64,000 nucleotides of DNA from Candidatus Latescibacterota bacterium (GTDB taxonomy: Bacteria > Latescibacterota > UBA2968 > UBA8231). The translations under genes were made by a program, and so were the position numbers. Each line of letters opens with the position of its first letter. The stretch's first letter is position 1. The notes below the pieces were generated by a model. The model saw nothing but the letters and a program-made list of their open reading frames with translations. It was not told where the DNA came from and did no database searches. This document shows, in pieces, positions 47,105-56,274 of the stretch. Location: contig CBDFJF010000002.1 of assembly GCA_965248265.1 (NCBI GenBank), positions 512,001-576,000 on the forward strand, given 5' to 3'.

Positions 47105-48197
47105 ATCGCGCAAGCCTGATCTGGAGACGGCGTCGCAGTGGCAGCTGATGTGGGTGCGTTTCAGGCGTCATCGGCTGGCCATGATTTCAGCTACGGTGTT
47201 GTTCTTCCTATACCTGCTCGCCGCCTTTTGTGAGATTGCAGCGCCCTACGGGCCCAGCCAGCGCAACCCCCGCACCATCCACTGCCCGCCGCAGTCTCTG
47301 CGTTTCATCGACGATGATGGAAAAGTCCACCTGCGCCCGTTCGTATACGGCTACAAGCTCTCCGTGGATCCAGAAACCTGGCGACGTGAGTACACCCCTG
47401 ACCCGCAGGCGCGTTTCCCGGTGCGGTTCCTGACTGACGGCGCGCCCTACGAATTCTGGGGTCTGATCCCGGGGCGCCTGCGACTGTTTGGCACGCCAGA
47501 CGGCGGCTACATCCACCTCTTCGGCACGGACAAGCTGGGACGGGATCTGTTCAGCCGGATTCTGTACGGAGGAAGGGTCTCGCTGACCCTCGGACTGCTG
47601 GGTGTGCTGCTGACGTTCGTCTTCGGTATCATCCTGGGAGGGGTGGCGGGCTACCTGGGTGGATGGGTCGACAACCTGACCCAGCGATTGATCGAGGTTA
47701 TTCAATGCATGCCCCAGCTGCCGTTGTGGATGGCCCTGAGCGCGGCGCTACCTGCGGGATGGTCGGGCATCAAGGTCTACTTCGGCATCACTGTCATTCT
47801 CTCCTTCCTGGGGTGGACGGGGTTGGCGCGGGTGGTGCGGGGCAAGTTTCTGTCGCTGCGTGAGGAAGAATTCGTGGTCGCAGCCAGGCTGCTTGGCGCC
47901 GGGCGCCGGCGTGTCATCTTCCGCCACATGCTGCCTTCGTTTCTCAGCCACATCATCACCTCGGCCACCCTGGCCGTCCCCGGGATGATCCTCGGTGAAA
48001 CCGCGCTCAGTTTTCTGGGGATCGGGTTGAGGCCTCCGGTAGTAAGCTGGGGAGTGTTGCTGCAACAGGCGCAAAACTACCAGGCCGTGGTGATGACGCC
48101 ATGGCTGTTGCTGCCCGGCGTATTCGTTATACTGGCCGTGCTGGCTTTCAATCTCATCGGTGACGGGTTGCGGGATGCAGCTGATCCCTACAACTGA
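47097..48197 (+). CDS. DppC/OppC-like ABC permease
   Basis: GTDKLGRDLFSR, LREEEFVVAARLLGA, ETALSFLG, GDGLRDAADP. Confidence 0.92.
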   Translation: MSESRKPDLETASQWQLMWVRFRRHRLAMISATVLFFLYLLAAFCEIAAPYGPSQRNPRTIHCPPQSLRFIDDDGKVHLRPFVYGYKLSVDPETWRREYTPDPQARFPVRFLTDGAPYEFWGLIPGRLRLFGTPDGGYIHLFGTDKLGRDLFSRILYGGRVSLTLGLLGVLLTFVFGIILGGVAGYLGGWVDNLTQRLIEVIQCMPQLPLWMALSAALPAGWSGIKVYFGITVILSFLGWTGLARVVRGKFLSLREEEFVVAARLLGAGRRRVIFRHMLPSFLSHIITSATLAVPGMILGETALSFLGIGLRPPVVSWGVLLQQAQNYQAVVMTPWLLLPGVFVILAVLAFNLIGDGLRDAADPYN

Positions 48198-48397
48198 GGT
48201 TGATGCTCGTTGCAGCGAACTCACGGGTCCAGGTAGGGCTCCCCAGTCAGGTACGTGATCGGCCTCACTAGGTCCTGGCGAGAATGGCTACATATTTTTG
48301 TCCCATGGAGGATGATGCACCGCCCACCGGGCGGAATATCTGGAGATAGCGGACAAGCACTCAGAGCACCGGGTTGCGATGACGAAGGAGTTTCACC

Positions 48398-49249
48398 ATG
48401 GAGAATCACGTGAGGAAAATCGCAACGATCGCGCTGGCCACCGCGATGCTGGCTGGCGGAGCGTTCGCCGGCGACAACCGGAATGCTACGTTCACGATTA
48501 CCAGTTCGACGACTCTGGCTGGAGTCGGGGCCAGCGAAATCGTAGAGATCAGCATCGGTACAGACAACTGGGTCAACGTGCAGCAGGCAGACGTCACGGT
48601 CCAGGTATCGCCACCGGCTCATTTTGATGTTACGGTCGCCGGCGTCGTCCTCGGCGAGAATTTGCCGGATGCCAGTGTCTTTCCGCCTGGAAACTGGCGC
48701 GCCCTGGGTGGCCTACTGGTGGAGGGAACGAACAACCAGATCAGGGTCGGCTTCGCGCTGCTGGATCCTGATCCAGAGGCTGAAGGGCATACTGGCGCAG
48801 CCGACTTCAGGATCCTCCTGCGCACATCCAATACTCTTACCACTGACACAGAAGCAAGCGTCGTCGTCACCCAGGTCTCCCTGGGGCCCGGTGCGTTCGG
48901 GCGTGATATCGTCACGGTGAATGAAACCATCTTCATCAATCCGGCCACTCCCACTGCGGTGAGCGAGTTGCCCGGGGCCGTGCCGAATTCGTTCGAGCTC
49001 GAGCAGAACTATCCCAATCCGTTCAACCCGTCGACGAACATACGCTTCAGCGTACCGCATGAATCACCCGTACTGGTTCGAGTTTACGATGCACTTGGAA
49101 AGGTACAGGAGACCCTGGTCGATGAGGTCCTGCAGGCGGGGCGCTATACCGTCGATTTCCACGCCGCCGGCCTGGCGAGTGGGATGTATTTTTATCACAT
49201 CGAGGCGCCCGGGTTCACGAGTACGCGGAAGTCGCTACTGCTCAAGTGA
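48398..49249 (+). CDS. Secreted protein with a single beta-rich (cohesin-like) domain and T9SS-type C-terminal domain
   Basis: Signal peptide ending AFA; QNYPNPFNPSTNIRF C-terminal domain 73/89 identical to that of 36604-38700; RBS AAGGAG. Confidence 0.8.
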   Translation: MENHVRKIATIALATAMLAGGAFAGDNRNATFTITSSTTLAGVGASEIVEISIGTDNWVNVQQADVTVQVSPPAHFDVTVAGVVLGENLPDASVFPPGNWRALGGLLVEGTNNQIRVGFALLDPDPEAEGHTGAADFRILLRTSNTLTTDTEASVVVTQVSLGPGAFGRDIVTVNETIFINPATPTAVSELPGAVPNSFELEQNYPNPFNPSTNIRFSVPHESPVLVRVYDALGKVQETLVDEVLQAGRYTVDFHAAGLASGMYFYHIEAPGFTSTRKSLLLK

Positions 49250-49293
49250 GGAGACCGATAGCCTGATCGGCGCGTCCCATCGCATTCTATAAC

Positions 49294-49329
49294 AAAAAGA
49301 GCCGGACGCGCACTTGGCGTGTCCGGCTC
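49294..49329 (-). terminator. Intrinsic terminator
   Basis: 13-bp stem GAGCCGGACACGC/GCGCGTCCGGCTC (one mismatch) followed by UUUUUGUU on the minus strand. Confidence 0.8.
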
Positions 49330-49361
49330 CCCTCTATTGCTAGAGGCCATTTACGGCGGTC

Positions 49362-49397
49362 TCAGGCGCCGCACCTCTCTATATTCGGCATCATCAT
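49362..49397 (-). CDS. 11-codon small ORF MMMPNIERCGA ending in UGA (possible CxxU)
   Basis: AGGAGG directly upstream of ATG ATG ATG. Confidence 0.4.
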   Translation of the reverse strand: MMMPNIERCGA

Positions 49398-49531
49398 TTT
49401 CCTCCTGTTCTTGCCCCTTGGCGAAACGCGTTTTCGCCGGGCCTTGGGTGGAGGTGGTCGTGCGTCATCCGCACACACTGGTCTGCAGCCAGCTTCACTA
49501 TAGGTTTATCGGACCAACCATGGCTTCCTTT

Positions 49532-49560
49532 AGTATGTCGTTTTTCGGCGCGGCCGACAA
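49532..49560 (-). promoter_or_regulatory. Sigma70-like promoter TTGTCG-N17-CATACT
   Basis: -35 at 49560-49555 and -10 at 49537-49532, with an exact 17-bp spacer. Confidence 0.55.
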
Positions 49561-49636
49561 GAGCTTGAAGCGCACCCTGAGGAGATGAATGATAACCGGT
49601 AAACCGCGAGTACTCCTGACGTGAGAGGACAGACTC

Positions 49637-52600
49637 TTAGGCGGACACGGCTGGCCAATCCGACCGCTCGATCAACTCGTTGAATCCGCGGATTTCCTTG
49701 TCGATGACAGCTTGCAGGCGTCGGGCGACCTCGTCGACGTCGGTGGTGAGTTCCTCGAACAGCTCAACGGTCTGTTTCGTCGGTGCGTCGTCGGCGGCTG
49801 CGACCACGCTGATGAGTCCCCCCACCCTCGTGCACACACGCACTGGCAGCCTCAAGGCATCGATTGGACCCCGTTGCCCCGCCTGCACGAGCTCAGCCTC
49901 GATGGCTTCCAGCTCGCTGTTCAAAGCGGCGGCCGCTTCGACGATTGCCCGCCCTTCAGACGAGTCGCCTTCCCGAGCACGGTTGGACCATTCCGACACC
50001 TGCCGCTGCAGGCGACGCAGGCGATTCACCAGGTTGTTAGCCTCCGAGAGTTTGTCGCGGATGCGAACCCACAAGGCGAATTGGGCCTCGAAGTCCGCGG
50101 GTGTGGCCCTAACCCGCGGATCGTGTCTGATTTCGAACGGCTGCGTCAGTACCATGTTACCGACTTCCAACTTGACTTCATAGAGACCCGGGACAGCGAG
50201 GGGGCCATTGGCATGGCGCCGTTCGGCAAGCAAGGCCTCAGGCTTGGGCTTCAACGGGCTGTCCTCGGTGATCCGCTCGGCGCTGGGGTAGCGCATGTCC
50301 CAGACGAACCGGTTCAAGCCGGCCGCTGCGGGAACGAAGCGATCGTCTGCAGCATCCGCATCGTCAGCATCATCGTCACCCGACGCATCATCGTCGCCCG
50401 ACTCGGTGCGGCTCGAAAACGTTTTGATGGTGTCGCCGGCAGCGTCCATGAAGCTGAGCGAAATCGATTCGTCGACATCCTCACTGAGGCGGTAGTAGAT
50501 GACGGCTCCATGCGGCGGATTTTCGCCAGCATCCAGAAAGGATCGGGTCCATTCGCCGTCTTCGGTGGTGTGGTCACGGTAGGCGGCGTGTGCACCGAGT
50601 GCCACCATGTAGCCGATGTCGCCTTCCTTATTGGGCCGAATGGCTCCTACTGCCCAGTTGAGCCAGCGGCGGTACGCGGGCGCCGGCGCGAACAAGTGGG
50701 CAGCCGCAGTGAAGGCTGGATCCCGGCAGAGCTGGCGCAGGGGTGTGAGGTCGTCGAGGATCCAGAACGAGCGGCCATGGGTGGCGGCTACCAGGTCGGC
50801 GTCCTTGACGGTGAGGTCGTAGACGGGAACAACAGGCAGGTTGGTTTGCAGCTTCTGCCAGCTTTGGCCGCTGTTGAGGGAGACGCATACTCCCGTTTCC
50901 GTGCCGACATACAACAGTCCAGCGCACTCCGGGTCTTCACGCACCACGCGGGTGATTTCTCCCTCCGGAAAATCACCGCTGATATCGGTCCAGCTCTTGC
51001 CCCGATCCGTCGTCTTGAGCAGGTAGGGGTGGTAGTCGTCCAGTTTGTAGCGGGTGGCCGCCACATAAGCTGTGTCCGCGTCGTGTCTGGATGGCTCCAC
51101 GCACCCGATCCGGGCTGATTCGGGTAGACTCTCCGGCGTTACTTCAGTCCAACTGCCACCTGCGTTCCCGGACACATGGATCAAGCCGTCGTCTGTGCCT
51201 GCCCACAGCAGTCCCTTTTCGACCGGCGACTCGGCGAATGCGAATACGGTCCCGTAGGTTTCGGCCCCGCTTTGATCGATGGTGATGTCGCCGCCGGAGG
51301 CCAGTAGGGTCGCAGGGTCATTTCTGGACAGATCCGGAGAGATCGCCTCCCAGCTGGCGCCCTCGTTCGTCGTGCGAAAGACAACGTTGCCGGCCACGTA
51401 GAGGGTGTTGGGATCGTGTGGTGAAAAGCAGATCGGAAAGGTCCAGGAAAAGCGGTACTTGAGATCCTTCGGGTCCCAGCCGAAGTACTCCTCCGGCCAC
51501 ACGGAAACCAGACGAAGCTGTCTGGTGTGGTCATCATAGCGCTGCAGGACCCCAGCGCCGCCAGGTGAGCTACCGGTGGATCCGATGTAGACGATGTTGG
51601 CGTCATCGGGATGCACGGCGACATCGCCGCTCTCACCCGTGCCCGGTGTTTTGCAGTGGGTCCACAGAATGACGCCGTACTCGGTGGCGCTGGGCACGCT
51701 GACGCTGGAATTGTCCTGTTGGGTGGCGTAGACGCGGTAGGGAAACTGGTTGTCGGTGTCGAGCCGGTAGAACTGGGCGGTAGGCTGGTTGAATATCGTC
51801 GACCAGGAAGTGCCGCCGTTCCAGGAGACGCAAGCGCCACCGTCGTTGCCCTGGACCATACGGGCGGGATTGCGCGGGTCCAACCACAGGTCGTGGTTGT
51901 CGCCGTGCGGCGTCGTCACTTCCACGAAGGAGGAGCCGCCATCCGTGGACTTCCACATCTGCAGATTCAGTATGTAGACGGTGTCGCGATCCTGCGGGTC
52001 GGCAAACACGTGGCAGTAGTAGAACGGCCGATGGATGAGGTCCCGACTGCCGCAGACCAGTTCCCAAGTATCGCCACCGTCATCCGAGCGGTACAGGCCG
52101 GCGTCCTCGGCTTCGATGATGGCCCAGATCCTGTCGGGATCGGCCGGAGAGACGGCGACGCCGATTTTTCCTTTTAACCCCTTGGGCAACCCTGGGTTAT
52201 CGGTGAGCTCGGACCAGGAGTCACCGCCGTCGACGGAGCGCAGCAGACCGCTGTCGGGACCACCACTCGATAGGGTCCAGAAGGTGCGATAGGCCTGCCA
52301 TACACTGGCGAAGAGCCGGCGAGGGTTGTTGGGATCCATCGACAGATCGATGGCGCCCGCCCGGTCGCTGCGAAAAAGGATATTCTCCCAGTCTCGCCCA
52401 CCGTCACGGGAGCGAAACACACCGCGCTCATTGTTAGGACCAAAGGCGTGGCCGAGAGCCGCTACGTACACCAGGTCAGCGTTACTCGGATGCACTCGAA
52501 TCTTGCTGATATGCCGGGTCTCGGCGAGGCCGGCGTGGATCCATGACGCGCCCCCATCCTCGGAACGATATACACCGTCACCGTAGGAAACGTTGCCCCG

Positions 52601-52876
52601 AATCGTCGACTCACCGGTGCCGGCATACATGACATTGGGGTCGGCTTCGGACACGGCCAACGCACCGATGGCGGCGCTGTTGAAGTAGCCGTCTGAGATG
52701 TTCTCCCAGTAGCTGCCGGCGTCCGTCGTCTTCCACACGCCGCCGGCACAGGCGCCGAAATAGAAAACGGCCTGGTCGCGCGGATGACCGGCCACCGCTA
52801 CCACGCGGCCCCCGCGGGGTGGGCCGATGCAGCGCCACCGGAGTGCCTGTAGATCTGTTTGCGCAATTTGCGTCAA
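49637..52876 (-). CDS. VPS10/sortilin-BNR repeat glycosyl hydrolase-like protein
   Basis: WRCIGPPRGGRV, many S-DGG-SW Asp-boxes, HGDNH, ATHGRSFWILDD, GLNRFVWD; TTG start with RBS GAGGAG. Confidence 0.9.
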   Translation of the reverse strand: MTQIAQTDLQALRWRCIGPPRGGRVVAVAGHPRDQAVFYFGACAGGVWKTTDAGSYWENISDGYFNSAAIGALAVSEADPNVMYAGTGESTIRGNVSYGDGVYRSEDGGASWIHAGLAETRHISKIRVHPSNADLVYVAALGHAFGPNNERGVFRSRDGGRDWENILFRSDRAGAIDLSMDPNNPRRLFASVWQAYRTFWTLSSGGPDSGLLRSVDGGDSWSELTDNPGLPKGLKGKIGVAVSPADPDRIWAIIEAEDAGLYRSDDGGDTWELVCGSRDLIHRPFYYCHVFADPQDRDTVYILNLQMWKSTDGGSSFVEVTTPHGDNHDLWLDPRNPARMVQGNDGGACVSWNGGTSWSTIFNQPTAQFYRLDTDNQFPYRVYATQQDNSSVSVPSATEYGVILWTHCKTPGTGESGDVAVHPDDANIVYIGSTGSSPGGAGVLQRYDDHTRQLRLVSVWPEEYFGWDPKDLKYRFSWTFPICFSPHDPNTLYVAGNVVFRTTNEGASWEAISPDLSRNDPATLLASGGDITIDQSGAETYGTVFAFAESPVEKGLLWAGTDDGLIHVSGNAGGSWTEVTPESLPESARIGCVEPSRHDADTAYVAATRYKLDDYHPYLLKTTDRGKSWTDISGDFPEGEITRVVREDPECAGLLYVGTETGVCVSLNSGQSWQKLQTNLPVVPVYDLTVKDADLVAATHGRSFWILDDLTPLRQLCRDPAFTAAAHLFAPAPAYRRWLNWAVGAIRPNKEGDIGYMVALGAHAAYRDHTTEDGEWTRSFLDAGENPPHGAVIYYRLSEDVDESISLSFMDAAGDTIKTFSSRTESGDDDASGDDDADDADAADDRFVPAAAGLNRFVWDMRYPSAERITEDSPLKPKPEALLAERRHANGPLAVPGLYEVKLEVGNMVLTQPFEIRHDPRVRATPADFEAQFALWVRIRDKLSEANNLVNRLRRLQRQVSEWSNRAREGDSSEGRAIVEAAAALNSELEAIEAELVQAGQRGPIDALRLPVRVCTRVGGLISVVAAADDAPTKQTVELFEELTTDVDEVARRLQAVIDKEIRGFNELIERSDWPAVSA

Positions 52877-52897
52877 CTGAACTCTCCTCGTTGTGTG

Positions 52898-53556
52898 CTA
52901 TCCCGTCAGAATTTCGACCTTCTGACAATTGAATGAGTGTACGGCAGCTCTCCGTCGACCATCTGATAGTCGGTGTAGGCCATCCAGAATGACTTGCCGT
53001 CCTCAGCGATCCATTTCGGGATGATCTGAGGTTGGTAGGCGCGCGCCGCGGTATCCCCTTCCGGCGCCCAGGGATCCTCCTCATATACCTGCGCCCAGGG
53101 TCCCCACGGATGTGCCGCCGTCCAGAAGCCGAGATAGCTCGGTTTTCCGAACCACCTGCCCTCGCTGTCGCATCCCATACCCCAGTTCGCCATCATGTAG
53201 ACCCCGAGGGGGGCGTTGTAGACGACACTGGGATGCCAGGCGTAAGGGTGATGAAAGCCTTCGTTCACCCAACCGGATGGAAAGGTGTGGATGATTCCTC
53301 TGGCGTCAATGTCGGGACTCCAATTGGCCGACCCATCGTCGTTTCGGGAGACAAAGTAGGTATAAGCTGAGCGCGAAAGGATCCGATTCCGGGGTATCTC
53401 CAACTGCCTCAGGCCAGCCCCTGCCGTCCGTGAGCAGGACATATTGCTTATCGTTGGCTGCCCATGTGGTGTGCCAGTTGTCCCCGTGACCGGATCGGTG
53501 GGTGGTTCCACCGAGTATCCGAATGCCTGCGATTCCCGTCATCGACTTTCAGCCAT
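52898..53556 (-). pseudogene. Multiply disrupted gene (DUF4185-like beta-propeller)
   Basis: GDNWHTTWAANDKQY, SVVYNAPLGVYMM, AAHPWGPW, YQPQIIPKWI, SFNCQKVEI lie in different frames; central part deleted; RBS GGAGG at the original start. Confidence 0.7.
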
Positions 53557-53628
53557 GACCCTTCCTCCATAACATTGTGCCACTACTGTGCAACTACCGC
53601 CACAACATAACAGAAAGAGGATAGGCAG

Positions 53629-54654
53629 ATGGGCCACTATGTCTACATACCGACCGGCGGGAGCGAAAGCACCATACAAATCCATCAACTGGATCCGATC
53701 TCCGGCACGCTGACTCGGAAGGACGAGCTGGCACTTCCGTACCCCGGCAGAGCCCTGTGCACCGATCCCGGCAGCAACTATCTCTACGTGGCACTGTACG
53801 ACGAATCAAACACGGCTGTCGTGTCCTGCAAGATCGATCAAGGCACCGGCAGCTTGTCGCCAATCGGAGAGGTTGATCTCGAAGGCCACAAGTCCTGCTA
53901 CATGTCGACGGACCGCAGTGGTCGGTTTCTGATGTCGGCCTACTACAGCGACGGTCTGGTCACGGTGCATCCCATCGGCGACGATGGGGCCGCCTATGGT
54001 CCTCCGGCGGATCGACATGAGACCGAGCAATATGCTCACTGGGTGGCCACCGATCGCTCAAACCGCTACGCCTTTGTCCCGCACGTGCAGTCGGCGAATG
54101 CCATTTACCAGTTCACCTTCGATGAGGCTACTGGCAAGCTGACACCGAATGCGGAGCGCACCATCGAAGCGGGACTCGGCCAGGGACCCCGTCACCTGGC
54201 CTACCATCCACAGCTGGATGTCGTGTACGCCGACAACGAACAGGAGTGCAGCGTCACCGTGTACCATCTCGACTCCTCAACCGGCACCCTGAAAGCTGTC
54301 CAGACGGTTTCGACGTTACCGGACGATGGATTCGACGGTGAGAAGTCCAACGCACAGCTCCACATTCACCCGGATGGAAGGGCGGTGTACGCCTCGAACC
54401 GCGGACCGGACAGCATCGCCATGTTCTCGATCGACCCCGGCAGTGGGGCGATCACTTCACTGGGACAGCAGCCTGCTCAGAAAATTCCGCGCTCATTCGG
54501 TATCGACCCTGACGGAGACTTTCTGATATCCGGGGCGGATCAATCCGACATTCTGACGTTGTTCAGGATAGACGCCCGCGGCGCCCTCGAGCTGGTCGAG
54601 GAGTACGACATCGGCGGGCCGTGTGCGTGGGTGGGTATTGCCAAGGTGGGATAA
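53629..54654 (+). CDS. pgl: 6-phosphogluconolactonase-like seven-bladed lactonase
   Basis: GPRHLAYHP, IHPDGRAVYASNRG-DSIAMF, PRSFGIDPDG. Confidence 0.85.
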   Translation: MGHYVYIPTGGSESTIQIHQLDPISGTLTRKDELALPYPGRALCTDPGSNYLYVALYDESNTAVVSCKIDQGTGSLSPIGEVDLEGHKSCYMSTDRSGRFLMSAYYSDGLVTVHPIGDDGAAYGPPADRHETEQYAHWVATDRSNRYAFVPHVQSANAIYQFTFDEATGKLTPNAERTIEAGLGQGPRHLAYHPQLDVVYADNEQECSVTVYHLDSSTGTLKAVQTVSTLPDDGFDGEKSNAQLHIHPDGRAVYASNRGPDSIAMFSIDPGSGAITSLGQQPAQKIPRSFGIDPDGDFLISGADQSDILTLFRIDARGALELVEEYDIGGPCAWVGIAKVG

Positions 54655-54675
54655 CGCAAAGGAAAATGACACACG

Positions 54676-55512
54676 ATGACGGTTGAACCGAATCCGCTGA
54701 ATATCTTTGCATCCAACCTCTTCGGCGGGCGAACCGCGCTGGTGACCGGGGGAGGTCGTGGCATCGGCAAGCACGTGGCGCTGGCATTCGCAGGCCTGGG
54801 CGCAAACGTCGTCATCGCCAGCAGGAATCAGAAGAATCTGGATCGGACAGCGGAAGAGATCAACGAAAACGGCGCCGATTGTCTGGCCATGCCCGTCAAT
54901 ATTCGCGAAACCACGGAAGTCGATTCACTGATGGAGAAAGCGCTCGAGCGGTTCGGCGCCATCGATTTTCTCATCAATAACGCGGGCGGTCAGTTTCCAG
55001 CTTCTCCCACCAAGATCAGCGATCGTGGCTGGCGCGCCGTCATCGATCTCAACCTCAACGGCACCTGGAACATGTGCAGCCGGGTGGGTCCCCACATGGC
55101 TGAAAACCACTTCGGTTGTATCGTCAACACCATCCACATTTACGCCTTGGAACGCGGGGGGGCACCGTTTGCGCATTCCGGTGCGGCGCGGGCGGGAGTC
55201 GTGAACATGACCAAGTCTCTGGCGTACTACTACGCGCGCCACGGCGTCACCGTCAACGCCCTGGCCCCGGGCTTCGTCTCCACCAGCGGATTGCGCGAGT
55301 TGGAGTTTGACCAACTACAGCACGATGATTATGAAAGCCTCGCCCTGCAGGATATCCCCGCTCACCGTCTGGCTGAACCCGATGAAATCGCCGCCATCTC
55401 CGTGTTCCTGTGCTCCCCGGCGGCTCGCTATATCAATGGCTCGACTCTCGTGGCCGACGGCGCCCTGTCGCTGAGCAACTGGACGCCCTGGGTAGACCCG
55501 GAGACGCCGTAG
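54676..55512 (+). CDS. Short-chain dehydrogenase/reductase (2,4-dienoyl-CoA reductase/AtuB-like)
   Basis: TGGGRGIG, NNAGGQF, AHSGAARAGV. Confidence 0.88.
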   Translation: MTVEPNPLNIFASNLFGGRTALVTGGGRGIGKHVALAFAGLGANVVIASRNQKNLDRTAEEINENGADCLAMPVNIRETTEVDSLMEKALERFGAIDFLINNAGGQFPASPTKISDRGWRAVIDLNLNGTWNMCSRVGPHMAENHFGCIVNTIHIYALERGGAPFAHSGAARAGVVNMTKSLAYYYARHGVTVNALAPGFVSTSGLRELEFDQLQHDDYESLALQDIPAHRLAEPDEIAAISVFLCSPAARYINGSTLVADGALSLSNWTPWVDPETP

Positions 55513-55539
55513 TCGGTTGAAATCCTTGCGGCTGCTCGA

Positions 55540-56274
55540 TCACGCCGATCGGGAGGCGAGGCGCAGGAAGGATTCGAACGTGGCCTGCTCCTCGAGGTCC
55601 AGGGCCACGTCCAGACTCGCTGGACCGCTGCGAACCATCTGTTTGAAGCGGGACGTGCTGTCTGCGTCCGTCTGCTCGGCGATGCGTTGGGCAATGGAGA
55701 TCGCCCGCTCCAGCACGTCGTCCGGCTCGAAGACCCAGTTGACGAGGCCGTGGTCCAACATGTGATCGGCACCGAAACGCTCACCGAGTGCCAGCATCTG
55801 CATGGTCCGTTTGTGCCCGATAGTGCTCGGCAACAGATAGGTCAGTCCGCCGGTAGGGAACTGGCCCAGCTGCAGCTCGGGTAGGAAGGCGACCAGGTCG
55901 CTGCCGGCAACGGCCAGATCGCAGTTGAGCAGCCACTCGAAGCCGCCACCGACGGCGTAACCGCGAGCTGCCGCGATCACGATCCGGTTATTGAACATGA
56001 TTCGACGTGAAACTTTTTGGATTGATGCGATATGGGCCTGTGCGCTCGAAGAATCCTCGGACACGTCACTGAACTCCTTGAGGTCCTCGCCAGCGCAAAA
56101 GGCGCGTCCTACGCCCGTTAGGACGAGCGTCGCTGCTTCATCGCAGGCCTCAGCTTCGTCGAGCGCCGCATGCAGGTCTTCCAGCAACACACTGCTGATG
56201 GCATTGAGCCGTTCGGGTCGATTGAACGAAACGATCCCTACCTGGCTGTGCAATTCAAAGGTCGCAAAGCTCAT
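55540..56274 (-). CDS. Enoyl-CoA hydratase/isomerase
   Basis: NRPERLNA, AFCAGEDL, GYAVGGGFE, LPE; ATG overlaps the upstream TGA. Confidence 0.9.
   Translation of the reverse strand: MSFATFELHSQVGIVSFNRPERLNAISSVLLEDLHAALDEAEACDEAATLVLTGVGRAFCAGEDLKEFSDVSEDSSSAQAHIASIQKVSRRIMFNNRIVIAAARGYAVGGGFEWLLNCDLAVAGSDLVAFLPELQLGQFPTGGLTYLLPSTIGHKRTMQMLALGERFGADHMLDHGLVNWVFEPDDVLERAISIAQRIAEQTDADSTSRFKQMVRSGPASLDVALDLEEQATFESFLRLASRSA

Larger units (their letters stand above)
49294..49525 (-). ncRNA. Candidate ~230-nt small RNA or small-peptide mRNA
   Basis: Bounded by a sigma70-like promoter and an intrinsic terminator; at least five hairpins; no long ORF. Confidence 0.5.

Noticed and set aside
49330-49390. 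Lysine or TPP riboswitch (AGAGGUGCG and CUGAGA motifs)
   Set aside because: Far too short for a lysine aptamer, lacks the other TPP core motifs, and no gene lies downstream on that strand
49495-49521. Second micro-ORF MVGPINL on the minus strand
   Set aside because: Its apparent RBS (AAGGAAG) overlaps the predicted transcription start; no further support
49712-51118. 468-aa plus-strand ORF, and similar long ORFs at 10757-11806, 26332-27360, 42976-44049 and 45278-46405
   Set aside because: Antisense shadows of well-supported genes, expected from GC-rich codon usage; no recognisable motifs
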